The translations under genes and the position numbers were made by a program. A model generated the notes under the pieces. That model did not search any database, was not told the origin of the DNA, and was given only the letters and a program-made list of their open reading frames with translations. A stretch of DNA of 64,000 nt from Nitrospirota bacterium. Its GTDB lineage: Bacteria; Nitrospinota_A; UBA7883; JACRGQ01. The stretch is taken from contig JAJRYD010000004.1 in NCBI GenBank assembly GCA_024275955.1, forward strand, positions 69,346 through 133,345, given 5' to 3'. Position 1 is the stretch's first letter. Each line of letters begins with the position of its first letter. Shown here one piece after another: positions 40,220 to 51,480 of this stretch.

Positions 40220-40438
40220 TCAACCTTTTCGCCGCGAAAAAGCAACAGCAGGATTAGTACGAGCGCCCGAAATATTGCCCACGACGTAAATCATCGCTAT
40301 AACTACAAGACCAAAGGTAAGCGAAATCTCTACATAAAAAACCGAGCCGTAAACATCGCTTACAGTAATGGCGCAGGCGCCGGCAAACAGAATGGCAAAA
40401 GCTCCTACGCTCTCTGCCAAATATTTTCTCAACAGCAC
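40220..40438 (-). pseudogene. Truncated MIP/aquaporin (N-terminal third)
   Basis: KYLAESVG...FGLVVIAMIY..GNISGARTNPAV; stop codon shortly after the first NPA. Confidence 0.8.
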
Positions 40439-40684
40439 TCCATTTTAAGAATCAAACTTTCCGCAGGTATGCTTTCGCGCAACCCACTTCGGCAAGGCAA
40501 CCATTGTGGCTCAAGTCGGCTAGACTCGCCGCAGGCCTCATACCTGTTAGGCACAAAGCATACTAGCATTATTACAGCAAATGCCCCGCCGTAGGCGACA
40601 GCTGTCTTCCTTAGCGAAAGGGATTGGAAGTTCCGATAATATTTATTTACCGCCTGCGAGAATCGGCTCTGCACCCCTAGATAG

Positions 40685-41455
40685 CTAGATGCCTGTCAAA
40701 CCTCTTTTGGAGCTTTCCATAAATTTAAGAACCCTTTTAATCTCTCCTTTATCGTCGTCTATCTTACGGAGAGCCTCCATCCCGCCCTGTTTGGAGTTGC
40801 CGCTGTGAAAAAGAGCCTTGCACGCCTCTTTTATGTTCCTCCTCGCCTTAATGGAGAAGCCTTTGCGCTTAAGGCCGATAGCATTTGTAGAACGGATTCT
40901 GGCAGGCGACCCTTCGGCAAGCATGAAAGGAACAACGTCTTGAGTAATACGCGCCATGCCGCCTATCATCGCGTACGCGCCTATCCTTGCAAACTGGTGA
41001 ATGCCGCAACCACCGCCGAGTATCGCAAACTCTTCTATATCGACATGGCCGGAAGTACCAGAGTATGTGGTAAAAACAACATCGTTCGCAAGCCTGCAAT
41101 CGTGTCCGACATGCGTATTTGCCATAAGCATACAACGGTCGCCTATTTTGGTCGCGCCGTTTTCATGCTTACTGCGGTGAACTGAAACATGCTCGTTGAT
41201 AACGCATTCGTTCCCGATAACGACAAGAGACGCAACCTCATCCCACGGCAACATCTGCGGGTCGCCCCCTATAGCAGTAAATGAACCTATCGAACTGCCG
41301 TCACCGACACGGCAATGTTTTAGATAGGCATGCGGTCCTATCTGACAGCCTTTTCCTATCTCCACATTCTCGCCGATAACAGTAAACGGCCCTATCTTAA
41401 CAGAGCTGTCGATCTTAGCCCCGTCGTCTATAACGGCAGTAGGGTGAACCGCCAC
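40685..41455 (-). CDS. lpxA: UDP-N-acetylglucosamine acyltransferase
   Basis: HPTAVI hexapeptide repeats, HVGHDC, HQF, QDVVPF; follows fabZ. Confidence 0.95.
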   Translation of the reverse strand: MAVHPTAVIDDGAKIDSSVKIGPFTVIGENVEIGKGCQIGPHAYLKHCRVGDGSSIGSFTAIGGDPQMLPWDEVASLVVIGNECVINEHVSVHRSKHENGATKIGDRCMLMANTHVGHDCRLANDVVFTTYSGTSGHVDIEEFAILGGGCGIHQFARIGAYAMIGGMARITQDVVPFMLAEGSPARIRSTNAIGLKRKGFSIKARRNIKEACKALFHSGNSKQGGMEALRKIDDDKGEIKRVLKFMESSKRGLTGI

Positions 41456-41895
41456 TAACCGGCTTTCCCAAACGCCGCCTGTATGCCAGCTTTGCAGACA
41501 AGCTTGCCGTCAACTGTGGCGGTGCCTTCGGCCCACCAGATAGCACTACGTTTTTTAATAACAGTTACTTCAAAAATAATGGTGTCTCCAGGGCCAACCG
41601 GAGCTTTAAACCTAGCTTTTTCTATGCCGGCAAAAAGCGGTACAAGCTTATCAGCATTAGGCAAACTTCTTAGAGCCATAAATGTCGCCGCCTGCGCGAT
41701 AGCCTCGACAATCATCACCCCCGGCATGATAGGGTTGCCGGGGTAATGCCCCTGAAAAAACGGTTCGTTCATCGTAACGTTCTTTACCGCCTTCACATAC
41801 TCCCCTTTTCTCAATTCAAGCACCTTGTCTAACATAAGAAAAGGGTACCTGTGCGGTATCGTATCCAAAATCTCCTTAATGCCAAATTCCGCCAT
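41455..41895 (-). CDS. fabZ: 3-hydroxyacyl-ACP dehydratase
   Basis: PHRYPFL, NEPFFQGHYP..PIMPGV...EAIAQ. Confidence 0.97.
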   Translation of the reverse strand: MAEFGIKEILDTIPHRYPFLMLDKVLELRKGEYVKAVKNVTMNEPFFQGHYPGNPIMPGVMIVEAIAQAATFMALRSLPNADKLVPLFAGIEKARFKAPVGPGDTIIFEVTVIKKRSAIWWAEGTATVDGKLVCKAGIQAAFGKAG

Positions 41896-41900
41896 CAGTT

Positions 41901-42908
41901 CTAATCTCCTTTATTCCCTTTTTCAAGTTTCCTTACCTTCTTTACAATTTCCGGCAGTCTTTGCGATGCGGCGTACACTTTACGCCAATTTGAAATAGGT
42001 ACGGCAGGGTTGCCGGCATAAATACCAGCCTCCTTAATCGTGCCGGCCACACCAGACTTTGCGGCAAGAATAGTCCCGTCCGGTACCTTTATATGATCGG
42101 CAACGCCTACCTGACCGCCGGTCATCACCCCTTTGCCTATCTCGGAAGAACCGGCAATACCGAACTGGCCGGCAATAAGCGACCTCTCGCCGATTTTTAC
42201 ATTGTGCGCTATATGCACAAGGTTATCCAGCTTCACGCCGTCTTCTATAACCGTCTCGTCTATAAAAGCTCTGTCTATAGAGCAGTTCGCCCCTATCTCC
42301 ACGTCATTGCCGACACGCACTATCCCAGCGTGCCTTATCTTTATATTATCGCCGTCAGAGTTTTTCTCGTACTTAAAGCCATCGCACCCGATAACGGTAC
42401 CGCACTGCACAACCACCCTGTCGCCAACCGATGCGCCGTTTATAATCGCCGTCTGCGGATGTATGACGCAATCTTCGCCTATTACGCAACCATCACCAAT
42501 ATGAACAGACTGGCGCAACAGAGAACCTTTTCCTATAACAACAAAGGCACCTACCGTAGAGTTCGCGCCTATAGAAACGGTTTCGTCTATTTTAGCGGAA
42601 GAATCAATAACCGCCGTTGGGTGAACGCCATGCCGAGGCTCCGGCTCTGGGTGAAGAATATCTATCACTTTGGAAAACGAGATTACAGCGTTATCAACCT
42701 CTATAGAAGGCAGGCCGACATCCAGCCCTCTGCCGGTTATAACGGCGGAGGCACTACAGCTTTTCAAAAACGCAAGCTGTTTGGCGCTAGCGATAAAAAT
42801 TATTTTGCCTTTGCCGGCAGACCCGATACCGGCACAGCTGGTAATATCGGGGTTGCTCTCCCCTTTTAGTTCTCCGCCGATAGCTTTGGCAATTTCAGAT
42901 AACAACAT
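41901..42908 (-). CDS. lpxD: UDP-3-O-acyl-glucosamine N-acyltransferase
   Basis: IGCDGF, DVEIGAN..IDR, KLDNLVHIAHNV. Confidence 0.95.
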   Translation of the reverse strand: MLLSEIAKAIGGELKGESNPDITSCAGIGSAGKGKIIFIASAKQLAFLKSCSASAVITGRGLDVGLPSIEVDNAVISFSKVIDILHPEPEPRHGVHPTAVIDSSAKIDETVSIGANSTVGAFVVIGKGSLLRQSVHIGDGCVIGEDCVIHPQTAIINGASVGDRVVVQCGTVIGCDGFKYEKNSDGDNIKIRHAGIVRVGNDVEIGANCSIDRAFIDETVIEDGVKLDNLVHIAHNVKIGERSLIAGQFGIAGSSEIGKGVMTGGQVGVADHIKVPDGTILAAKSGVAGTIKEAGIYAGNPAVPISNWRKVYAASQRLPEIVKKVRKLEKGNKGD

Positions 42909-43084
42909 CCTTCATACTTTACTCCCACTTTGCCAATGCTGGCAACCAGCGAGCTGGAGGCAGTTCTCACAAGCGGGTAATGCAATTCTTTATAGTGTTC
43001 CAAAAAGAGAAGCGCTTCGCCGTCAGGCGACAGCGGTGCGTAAGCGAACTTTTCGGAAATTCAAAATCGCACCATATCTGCCGC

Positions 43085-43849
43085 CTAGCGACTAACGGCT
43101 CCACGCCCAGCGTCGCTTTTCTTAGCGAGACAAAAGGCGGTCAAACCGGCAAACCTATTAAACCGCGCGAAAGGAAGCTCTATCCTATGCGCGAGCAAAA
43201 GCAGGCTATTAAGCAATGGCCCGTAAAGCTTCAGGTCGCTTTTTGGCTCACCGCCGCCAAAAAGCAGTCTTTTCAACGCTACCATCGGAAAAAACGGCAG
43301 AAAAAAATAATGGCTTTTTAAAACTGTAAGCCCTGCATCTTTAAGGCAACTCTCAAGAGAGGAAAGCCGATACCTCCTTTTATGTTCAAGGAAAATGTCG
43401 TGACCGGAAAAAAGAGATTGAAAGGCAGGAACGGCAACAGCAAAGTGAGCGCCGTCGCCAGATCTCTCCACAAACCGTTTGACAAAAGAGACATCGTTAT
43501 CAATATGCTCCAATATATCTATCATCAAAACAAGGTCTGTCGCAGAGCCAGAGTCCGTCGCAAGCCCCAAGCCTGCCTCTGTGCCAAAAGCATCCTTTAC
43601 AAAGCTTATCCGCTTACCGCAAAACTGTTCTTCTCTTTCCAGTTCATAGCCTGTATCAAGACATACAGCCTCTTTCGCGCCGGTATCCCGCAAAAGTATT
43701 TTAGAAAAAACCCCCGACCCAGCGCCGACATCGAGTATCGACTCGACCGACAAACCTTCAACCAGTTTTTTAAGCGCCAGCCCTTTGGCAACGTAGTACC
43801 AGTGGGAATGGGCCTTCTCTTTTAAAATCGCCTCTTCTTTAATATCCAT
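43085..43849 (-). CDS. Class I SAM-dependent methyltransferase
   Basis: HWYY, ILDVGAGSG, DILEHI, VPAF..LFSGHD...HKRRY. Confidence 0.88.
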   Translation of the reverse strand: MDIKEEAILKEKAHSHWYYVAKGLALKKLVEGLSVESILDVGAGSGVFSKILLRDTGAKEAVCLDTGYELEREEQFCGKRISFVKDAFGTEAGLGLATDSGSATDLVLMIDILEHIDNDVSFVKRFVERSGDGAHFAVAVPAFQSLFSGHDIFLEHKRRYRLSSLESCLKDAGLTVLKSHYFFLPFFPMVALKRLLFGGGEPKSDLKLYGPLLNSLLLLAHRIELPFARFNRFAGLTAFCLAKKSDAGRGAVSR

Positions 43850-45660
43850 TAACCGGCTGTTCCCCCGAATCGTCTTCTGGAATGATAAACAAGATAAGCT
43901 ATACAGGCAAGAAAGGAGAAGATAGAAATGAATATCCCGACATTAACATGACGCGGCGCGTAGCAGAGTTCGACGCTCGAATCTTTGGCGGTTATCGGCA
44001 CCATCAAAAGAGCAGACTCGCCCAACGCCAAGCCGGAGCTGTCGCAAACTTCCCAGCCGTCAAACCTGTTCTGGTTTAAGTAGATATCACCTTCAACCCC
44101 TTTTTCCCATTTCAGTTTCACCCTGTTGGGCGACCAGTCGGCAATCACCGCCGGTTTAAAACCGGAAGAGCTATAGATGAACGTCTCCCCTCTATAATCG
44201 TCGGCTCCTTTACCTCTCGCAAAAAGTTCAATCGCTATAGGCTCATAAGGAACAACTACCCCGACATTTTTCGTGATATATGGAAACAGCGGAAGCTTTG
44301 TTGATTTCAGCGGATGAACATTCTCACTAGGTGGCACCCAGCCTCTGCTGTCGTAACTGCTCGGCTCAATAATCTGGAAGTAGCTTCCCGAACTGTTTGG
44401 GATATTCATCACCTTTTCAGGTTTAACAGGAAACGCCTCCCAGAGCAGTGGAAAATTGACAATAGAAAGATTGACAAAAATAATTATCAAAAAACCTTTT
44501 CTCCAGATATCTGCGTTTGCAAAACGGGATGAGACCTTAATCACCCCAAAAGCAGAAAAAAGCGAAATAGCAAGGACAAGGGGCCATCGAAACCTTTCGA
44601 CAACTTTCATCGAGTCGTAAACCGGAAGCATTTTCAAATAACTCCATAACGGTATCGGTGAGTAGCTACCCATTAAAAGAAAAAAGAGAAACGAAAGCGA
44701 AACTAAAAGCACCGCCCTGTGCGGAAACTTTGCCGTTACCCCTATAAAAACGAGCAAAAACACAAAAGGGCCGACATACATTCCATACTCAGGAGCCATG
44801 TAAAAACTCATTCCTTCCATAGCCGTACCGCCGTAAAGCTTTGGCGCCGGATAGGTAAGACTTATAGAGTGGTTAAGAAGCGACGTGAAAAACGCGTAAA
44901 AGGTATAGCCGTCGATAACCTCCAGCAGTTCTCTTGGATACTGCGATAAAAGCTTTACGGCCGGAACAATCTTCACCGCCGACAAAAGTGCCGACAAAGC
45001 GGTAGATACGGCGGTAAAGATAATCGGCTTTAAGCTTTTTTCCCGTACCGACACTACTATTGCCAGCACTCCGATGGCGGTCATCGTTATAACAAACGGG
45101 TATGGACTCCCCCCAAAAAAAATCAGCGTCAAAAGAAGCGCCATAGGAACCGTCCACCGCAAACCGTCCTTTCCTATAAAAAACAGAAGAAAAACGAAAG
45201 GCATAAGATGAAGATGAGAAAAGAGAAACCAGCCTGCCTGTAGCTGTAGGGCGTGTAGACCGCAAAAAGACCAGACAACCGCGGCGGTAAGACCGCCAAA
45301 ATGATCAAGCGCAAGATGCCGGCCCAGAAGATACATGCCGATAAACCCTGTAGCCTGCAAAAGGAAAATTGCCAGCTTCGTACCTATCACCGTGCCAAAA
45401 ATAAAAACCGGAAGATAAAAAGGTGATAACGGCGTTTGCGGGTTCCCAAGCAGAGGCATCCCGCCGCTGTGCCACGGGTCCCACATCGGCAACTGTGCGT
45501 ACTCCTGCATGCTTTTCCTTACCGCCTCTATCATAAAAAAATGATAGTCGGAATCGACATACCCCAAATTTCCGATACCGGATAAAAGAATAGGTAAAAA
45601 ATAAAAAGAACAAAGAGCTAGCGAAAAGAAAACGGCTGAACGCAGTTCGCCAGCACTCAT
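43849..45660 (-). CDS. Polytopic membrane protein, YfhO/GT-C glycosyltransferase-like
   Basis: PMWDPWHSGGMPLLGNPQ, many TM segments, ERF motif, and a C-terminal periplasmic domain with NQN..GW. Confidence 0.65.
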   Translation of the reverse strand: MSAGELRSAVFFSLALCSFYFLPILLSGIGNLGYVDSDYHFFMIEAVRKSMQEYAQLPMWDPWHSGGMPLLGNPQTPLSPFYLPVFIFGTVIGTKLAIFLLQATGFIGMYLLGRHLALDHFGGLTAAVVWSFCGLHALQLQAGWFLFSHLHLMPFVFLLFFIGKDGLRWTVPMALLLTLIFFGGSPYPFVITMTAIGVLAIVVSVREKSLKPIIFTAVSTALSALLSAVKIVPAVKLLSQYPRELLEVIDGYTFYAFFTSLLNHSISLTYPAPKLYGGTAMEGMSFYMAPEYGMYVGPFVFLLVFIGVTAKFPHRAVLLVSLSFLFFLLMGSYSPIPLWSYLKMLPVYDSMKVVERFRWPLVLAISLFSAFGVIKVSSRFANADIWRKGFLIIIFVNLSIVNFPLLWEAFPVKPEKVMNIPNSSGSYFQIIEPSSYDSRGWVPPSENVHPLKSTKLPLFPYITKNVGVVVPYEPIAIELFARGKGADDYRGETFIYSSSGFKPAVIADWSPNRVKLKWEKGVEGDIYLNQNRFDGWEVCDSSGLALGESALLMVPITAKDSSVELCYAPRHVNVGIFISIFSFLACIAYLVYHSRRRFGGTAG

Positions 45661-45733
45661 CTTTTTAAATATCGAGAGTTCATTCCAAAGGATACGCCCC
45701 TCCTTAGAGGAAAAACGCTAAAGAACCTTAAAA

Positions 45734-47212
45734 TCAGCGTTGCCGTCCGGCTATCTCCAGCGCGCGCAGTAGCGCCTTCCCCTTGTTCATCGTTTCTTCC
45801 CATTCTTTTTCCGGCACCGAATCTGCCACTATACCGGCGCCGATTCCGAGGTAAGCGGTATTGCCGTTTACCGCGAGCGTGCGTATCGCTATCGCTGTAT
45901 CCATGCTTCCAGAAAAACCGAAGTAGCCGACAGCCCCGCCGTAAAGACCGCGCCTTACCGGCTCCAGCTCCTCTATTATTTCCATAGCCCTTATCTTGGG
46001 CGCGCCCGAAAGAGTGCCGGCTGGAAAGGTGGCCCGTATAACGTCAAAGCAGTCCTTCCCGTTCTCTAGCTCTCCCTCTACGTTGGAAACGATATGCATT
46101 ACATGAGAATATTTTTCAATCGTCTTCAAGGCAGTAACCGTAACCGTACCGCCCTTGCTCACGCGCCCCGCGTCGTTGCGCCCGAGGTCGACAAGCATGA
46201 TATGCTCCGCAAGCTCCTTTTCATCGGCAAGCAGTTCCTTTTCGAGTTCGGCATCTTCCTCTTTGGTCTCCCCGCGCTTTCTTGTTCCGGCAATCGGCCT
46301 TACCGTAACCTTCCCGTTTTCAGCTCTAGAGAGTATCTCCGGCGAAGCGCCGACAACTTCCCAGTCATCGAGCTTAAGATAGTACATATAAGGAGAGGGG
46401 TTTATCGTCCTCAACACTCTATAAACCTCGAACGCCGGAACAGTAAGCTTTATCGAAAGCCTATGCGCCAGTACCACCTGAAAAATATCTCCCTCCAGTA
46501 TGTAGTCTTTACATTTCTCGACAGCCTTCTCGAAATCTTCTTTACTTGTGTTCGATTCGTAGACAACGGCAGAGCCTTTACCGGAAGGCCGATTATAAGC
46601 AAGCGGTTCGTCCAGCTTTGTAAGAAGTTTTTCTATCTTGATTACAGCTTCATCGTAAACATTGTCAACGTCATCACTTTCACCAATATGCGCGTTGACT
46701 ACAACTTTTAAGGTCTGCGATACGTTATCGAAGATAAGAAGCGAATCGGTAATCATCATCACCATATCCGGCAGGTCGGTATCCTTTTTGGAAATGGAGG
46801 GAAGATTTTCAAAAAATCTCACGGTATCGTACCCGATATAACCGACAGCGCCACCAAAAAAAAGCGGAAGCCCCTCGGTACCGGCAGGTTTGTAGCCGGA
46901 CATAACCTTTTTTATTTCATCAAGCGGGTCGCCATCAAGCTTAAACTCCTGCTCGCCATCCTGCGTTACCCTAAAAGCCTTGTTGCCGGATGTTTTTATC
47001 ACAAGCTCCGGGTCGGCCCCAAGAAACGTATACCGCGCCCATTTTTCGCCCCCCTCCACGCTTTCAAGAAGGTAGGCATACTTGGAGCTTTTTGATATTT
47101 TCAAAAACGCCTCTACCGGCGTTTGCATATCGGCAAGTATCTCTTCGTAAACAGGTACAAGATTCCCCTTTTTACTTAACTCGCAAAATTCCTCTCTGCT
47201 TGGGCTTATCAC
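45734..47212 (-). CDS. trpE: Anthranilate synthase component I
   Basis: LLESVEGGEKWARY, NPSPYM, PIAGTR, EHIMLVDLGRND, PAGTLSGAPK. Confidence 0.96.
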   Translation of the reverse strand: MISPSREEFCELSKKGNLVPVYEEILADMQTPVEAFLKISKSSKYAYLLESVEGGEKWARYTFLGADPELVIKTSGNKAFRVTQDGEQEFKLDGDPLDEIKKVMSGYKPAGTEGLPLFFGGAVGYIGYDTVRFFENLPSISKKDTDLPDMVMMITDSLLIFDNVSQTLKVVVNAHIGESDDVDNVYDEAVIKIEKLLTKLDEPLAYNRPSGKGSAVVYESNTSKEDFEKAVEKCKDYILEGDIFQVVLAHRLSIKLTVPAFEVYRVLRTINPSPYMYYLKLDDWEVVGASPEILSRAENGKVTVRPIAGTRKRGETKEEDAELEKELLADEKELAEHIMLVDLGRNDAGRVSKGGTVTVTALKTIEKYSHVMHIVSNVEGELENGKDCFDVIRATFPAGTLSGAPKIRAMEIIEELEPVRRGLYGGAVGYFGFSGSMDTAIAIRTLAVNGNTAYLGIGAGIVADSVPEKEWEETMNKGKALLRALEIAGRQR

Positions 47213-47979
47213 TAGTAACTCACCTCAACAAGAAAAAGACCGTGCGGCGGAGCGGTAACGCCGGCTTTTGTTCTGTCTTTAGCTTTGAGTATTCTTTTCA
47301 TATCGTCCGGTTTTAAATACCCCCGCCCTATGTCAACAAGCGTGCCTACTATATTGCGTACCATATATTTCAAAAACCCTTCGCCGACAATCTCAAAAAC
47401 AATCATCCCGTCGTCTTCTTTTCTAAGTTCAGATGAAATTATATTCCTTTCACTCGTCTTTGCGGCACTGTTTTTCCCTTTAAATGAGGTGAAATCGTGC
47501 AAACCTATAAGCTCCCCTGCCACACTCTGCATAAGGCCGATGTCCATCTCAACCGGCATAAACCAAGATGTACGGGCCTTCCAGACACTCGGCATCTTGT
47601 TATTATAAATGTAGTATCGGTACCTTTTCCATTTAGCGTCACGGATAGAATGAAACTCCATAGAAACAGCCTCGACAAATTTAATCGAAATATCATTCGG
47701 TAAACGGGAGTTAAGTATCTGCATCAGCCTTTCATTATCTACAGGAAACGGCCCTATCACGTTAAAAACCTGCCCAAGCGCATGCACGCCGGCATCGGTT
47801 CTGCCGGAAGCTATAGCATGCACTTTTTTGCACGCAAGTTCAGAGAGTATTCTCTCCAGCTTTTCCTGTACCGTTACGCCGTTAGCCTGAACCTGCCAGC
47901 CGGCGTACGCGGTGCCGTCGTACTCCACAACCATCTTTATGTTGCGCTCTTCCGGTTCTCCCTTTTTTTCTTCAATCAT
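47212..47979 (-). CDS. truA: tRNA pseudouridine(38-40) synthase
   Basis: YDGTAYAGWQ, SGRTDAGVHA, FLKYMVR, TAPPHGL. Confidence 0.97.
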   Translation of the reverse strand: MIEEKKGEPEERNIKMVVEYDGTAYAGWQVQANGVTVQEKLERILSELACKKVHAIASGRTDAGVHALGQVFNVIGPFPVDNERLMQILNSRLPNDISIKFVEAVSMEFHSIRDAKWKRYRYYIYNNKMPSVWKARTSWFMPVEMDIGLMQSVAGELIGLHDFTSFKGKNSAAKTSERNIISSELRKEDDGMIVFEIVGEGFLKYMVRNIVGTLVDIGRGYLKPDDMKRILKAKDRTKAGVTAPPHGLFLVEVSY

Positions 47980-48316
47980 AATTAGTCAACCTTTGTAGTT
48001 TTATCCTAAAAAAATTTCCCTTCCGCAAGGGAAGGCGGCACAAGCTTGTCGAGTAACGGAAAGGTTCCCCTTCAATGAACATCTCCCCCCACTATTGATT
48101 GAAATTCAAACGGAAGCGAGAGACAAGGCATTCGCTACGCTCATTCCCTTAATCCCCGTCTTTAGGGAAAACCGAGCAACCCAACCAAAAACTTTTTCCT
48201 TGTTCAAGGTGATGCAAACTCATCCACTACCTCCATGCCTCTACCGCCAAAAAGCGATAAACCATATCTGACGTATGCGGCTACCGGCTCCACGTCCGGC
48301 GCGGCGCCTCCAAAAG

Positions 48317-51145
48317 CTAACTGGACGACAACTCTTTCTTAAGATATTTACCTGTAAACGAGCCTTTAATCTTCGCCACATCTTCCGGCGTGCCTTCGGC
48401 TATCACCATACCGCCGCCGTCGCCACCTTCCGGCCCCAAATCTATTATCCAGTCGGCGGTTTTTATAACGTCGAGATTATGCTCTATCACTATAAGAGTG
48501 TTGCCGTTTTCCACAAGTCTGCCTAGTACCTGAAGAAGCTTTTTGATGTCGGCAAAGTGCAAGCCGGTGGTCGGCTCGTCCAGTATGTAAACGGTACGGC
48601 CTGTTCCCCGCTTGGAAAGCTCTCGCGAAAGTTTTACCCTCTGCGCTTCGCCGCCGGAAAGAGTGGTTGCCGGCTGTCCCAGTTTTATATAGCTAAGCCC
48701 GACATCAAAAAGCGTCTGTAGCTTATTTTTTATAACCGGAACGGCGATAAAAAACTGAAGAGCCTCCTCCACCGTCATCTCAAGGATGTCGGTTATAGTC
48801 TTGCCTTTATAATGAATCTCCAGCGTTTCCCTATTAAACCTTTTACCTTTGCAAACCTCGCAGGTAACATAGACATCAGGCAGAAAGTGCATCTCGATGC
48901 GGATGATACCGTCCCCTTTGCATGCCTCACAGCGCCCTCCCCGCACGTTAAACGAAAACCGGCCCACCTTGTAGCCGCGCTTCCTGCTTTCCGGCACCTG
49001 CGCCATAAGCTCTCTTATAGGGGTAAAGAGGCCTGTATATGTGGCGGGGTTCGAACGCGGAGTCCTTCCTATCGGCGACTGGTCTATATCTATCACCTTG
49101 TCTACAAAGCTAAGCCCTTTTAAGCCTTTATGCTTTCCGGGAAGCTCTGACGAGCGGTAAAGGGCGCGCGCCATAGCTTTATAAAGTACCTCTACCACAA
49201 GAGTGCTTTTGCCGGAGCCGGAAACGCCGGTAACGCAGATGAACTTGGCTAAACCAAACTCGACATCAATATTTCTTAAATTGTTATGCGAAGCGCCGGC
49301 TATTTTTAGTTTCTGTCCGTTGCCCGCGCGCCGCTTTGCCGGAACAGCTATACGCTCTTTTCTCGAAAGATATTTGCCGGTAAGCGATTTGCTGTCGCGC
49401 ATGATAGCGGCCGGCGTACCTTTAGCTACTATCATTCCGCCATGAACCCCGGCGCCAGGGCCGATATCTACCACATAGTCGGCCTCCATTATCGTATCTC
49501 TATCGTGTTCCACCACTATCACGGTGTTGCCTATATCTCTCAGCCGTGTCAGCGTTTCCAGCAATCGGTCGTTATCCCTTTGATGAAGCCCTATACTCGG
49601 CTCGTCGAGTATATATAAAACGCCTACAAGAGCAGAGCCTATCTGCGTCGCAAGGCGTATCCTCTGTCCCTCGCCGCCGGAAAGAGTAGCCGAGCCTCTA
49701 TCAAGCGTCAGGTATTCAAGCCCTACCGACTCCATAAACCCAAGCCTCTCCCGTATCTCCTTTATCACACGGGCGCCGATATGTTTTTCCTGTTTGGTCA
49801 GCTTAAGGTTGTCAAAAAATTCTACCGCCGATTTAATGGAAAGCGATGTCGCTTCTATTATATTTTTACCGTTTATCTTAACGCCGAGAGATTCCGGCCT
49901 AAGCCTCGCGCCACCGCAGGCATGGCACGGCTCCGCGCGCATATACTTTTCTATATCGTCTCTCCTCCATTCGGAATCGGTTTCCATATAGAGCCTCTCT
50001 AAGTTCGGCATTACCCCTTCAAACTCGCCCACCCAGTAACTGCGCTTTTGGCCTTTGTAGTATTTGAACTTTATCTCGGAGTCTCCAGAACCGTGCAGTA
50101 TCATCTGCTTTGCCGCCTTTTTAATTTTCGACCACGGCAGGCTATGGGCGTCAAACCCAAAATGATCGGCGATCGACTCCAGCATATTCGTATAGTAAGG
50201 CGAAGTTTTAGACGACCACGGCGCGACGGCTCCGTCAATCAACGAAAGAGAGTGGTCCGGCACCACCAACTCTTCCGAAACAGATTTTTTTATCCCAAGC
50301 CCTGTGCATTCAGGGCAGGCTCCGTTTGGGTTGTTAAACGAAAACATTCTAGGCTCTACGTCCGGGTAGGAGATGCCGCACTTCACGCAGGCGAAGTTCT
50401 GGCTGAAATGCAGTTCCTTGCCTTTATCGCCGACAGCGACCAGCATAAAATGCTCGCCCATATCAAGCGCAAGCTCTACAGAATCGGCAAGCCGTCTTTC
50501 TATCCCCTGCTTTACAACAAGCCTGTCTATAACGACATCTATCGAGTGCTTAAAAGTTTTTTTCAGTTTTATATCTTCGTCAAGGCTACGCATCTCGCCG
50601 TCTATCCGCACCCTTACAAAGCCTTTGGCACGCAAAGCATCGAGCTCTTTTTTGTATTCCCCTTTGCGGTCTTTCACCAAAGGCGCGAGTATATATATCT
50701 TCGCCCCTTCGTCCAGCATCATCAGCTGGTCGACTATCTGCGAAACAGTCTGCGATTTTATAGGCTTGCCGCACTCGTAGCAGTGAACCGTGCCGACACG
50801 CGCAAAAAGAACCCGCAGGTAGTCGTAAATCTCCGTAACGGTGCCGACGGTAGAGCGGGGGTTCTTGCTGGTGGTCTTTTGTTCTATCGAAATAGCAGGG
50901 GATAGACCTTCTATTAAATCTACATCCGGCTTTTCCATCTGCTCTAAAAACTGCCTCGCGTAGGCAGAGAGCGACTCTACATACCGCCTCTGCCCCTCGG
51001 CATAGATGGTATCGAAAGCGAGCGACGATTTGCCGGAGCCGGATATGCCGGTAAAAACGATAAGCTTATCCCTCGGCAGTTCTAGGTCTATGTTGCGCAG
51101 GTTATGCTCCCTCGCACCTTTTACCGTTATTTTCCCTTTTTTCAT
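48317..51145 (-). CDS. uvrA: Excinuclease ABC subunit A
   Basis: GAREHNL, two ABC cassettes, Zn fingers, [13 protein letters not shown]. Confidence 0.99.
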   Translation of the reverse strand: MKKGKITVKGAREHNLRNIDLELPRDKLIVFTGISGSGKSSLAFDTIYAEGQRRYVESLSAYARQFLEQMEKPDVDLIEGLSPAISIEQKTTSKNPRSTVGTVTEIYDYLRVLFARVGTVHCYECGKPIKSQTVSQIVDQLMMLDEGAKIYILAPLVKDRKGEYKKELDALRAKGFVRVRIDGEMRSLDEDIKLKKTFKHSIDVVIDRLVVKQGIERRLADSVELALDMGEHFMLVAVGDKGKELHFSQNFACVKCGISYPDVEPRMFSFNNPNGACPECTGLGIKKSVSEELVVPDHSLSLIDGAVAPWSSKTSPYYTNMLESIADHFGFDAHSLPWSKIKKAAKQMILHGSGDSEIKFKYYKGQKRSYWVGEFEGVMPNLERLYMETDSEWRRDDIEKYMRAEPCHACGGARLRPESLGVKINGKNIIEATSLSIKSAVEFFDNLKLTKQEKHIGARVIKEIRERLGFMESVGLEYLTLDRGSATLSGGEGQRIRLATQIGSALVGVLYILDEPSIGLHQRDNDRLLETLTRLRDIGNTVIVVEHDRDTIMEADYVVDIGPGAGVHGGMIVAKGTPAAIMRDSKSLTGKYLSRKERIAVPAKRRAGNGQKLKIAGASHNNLRNIDVEFGLAKFICVTGVSGSGKSTLVVEVLYKAMARALYRSSELPGKHKGLKGLSFVDKVIDIDQSPIGRTPRSNPATYTGLFTPIRELMAQVPESRKRGYKVGRFSFNVRGGRCEACKGDGIIRIEMHFLPDVYVTCEVCKGKRFNRETLEIHYKGKTITDILEMTVEEALQFFIAVPVIKNKLQTLFDVGLSYIKLGQPATTLSGGEAQRVKLSRELSKRGTGRTVYILDEPTTGLHFADIKKLLQVLGRLVENGNTLIVIEHNLDVIKTADWIIDLGPEGGDGGGMVIAEGTPEDVAKIKGSFTGKYLKKELSSS

Positions 51146-51480
51146 AATCTCTTAGTCTAACCTACCAACGAGGCGAACCACTTATCTCAAACAAAAAAAA
51201 CCTACAGCCATCAGCAAAAAGTACTCTGCCGCAGATGATAACAGCCTGTTTGCCGTTTACGATGAAACAGACAGCTACCTCCTTTTTAGTAATGTAAAGT
51301 GCCATCCCTCCAGTTTGTTGCCCCTATCTGTAAATACGAGAGGTAAAACTGCCTATGCCGCCAAAACAGCCAGAGCCTCACATCAGGCGGGAACGAACTA
51401 CTTGCCTAGTAACTAATTAAAAGGCAAACCGACAAACCTGCTCTACCGCGCGCGGCTATACGCTCCGCGCCGAGGCATGG

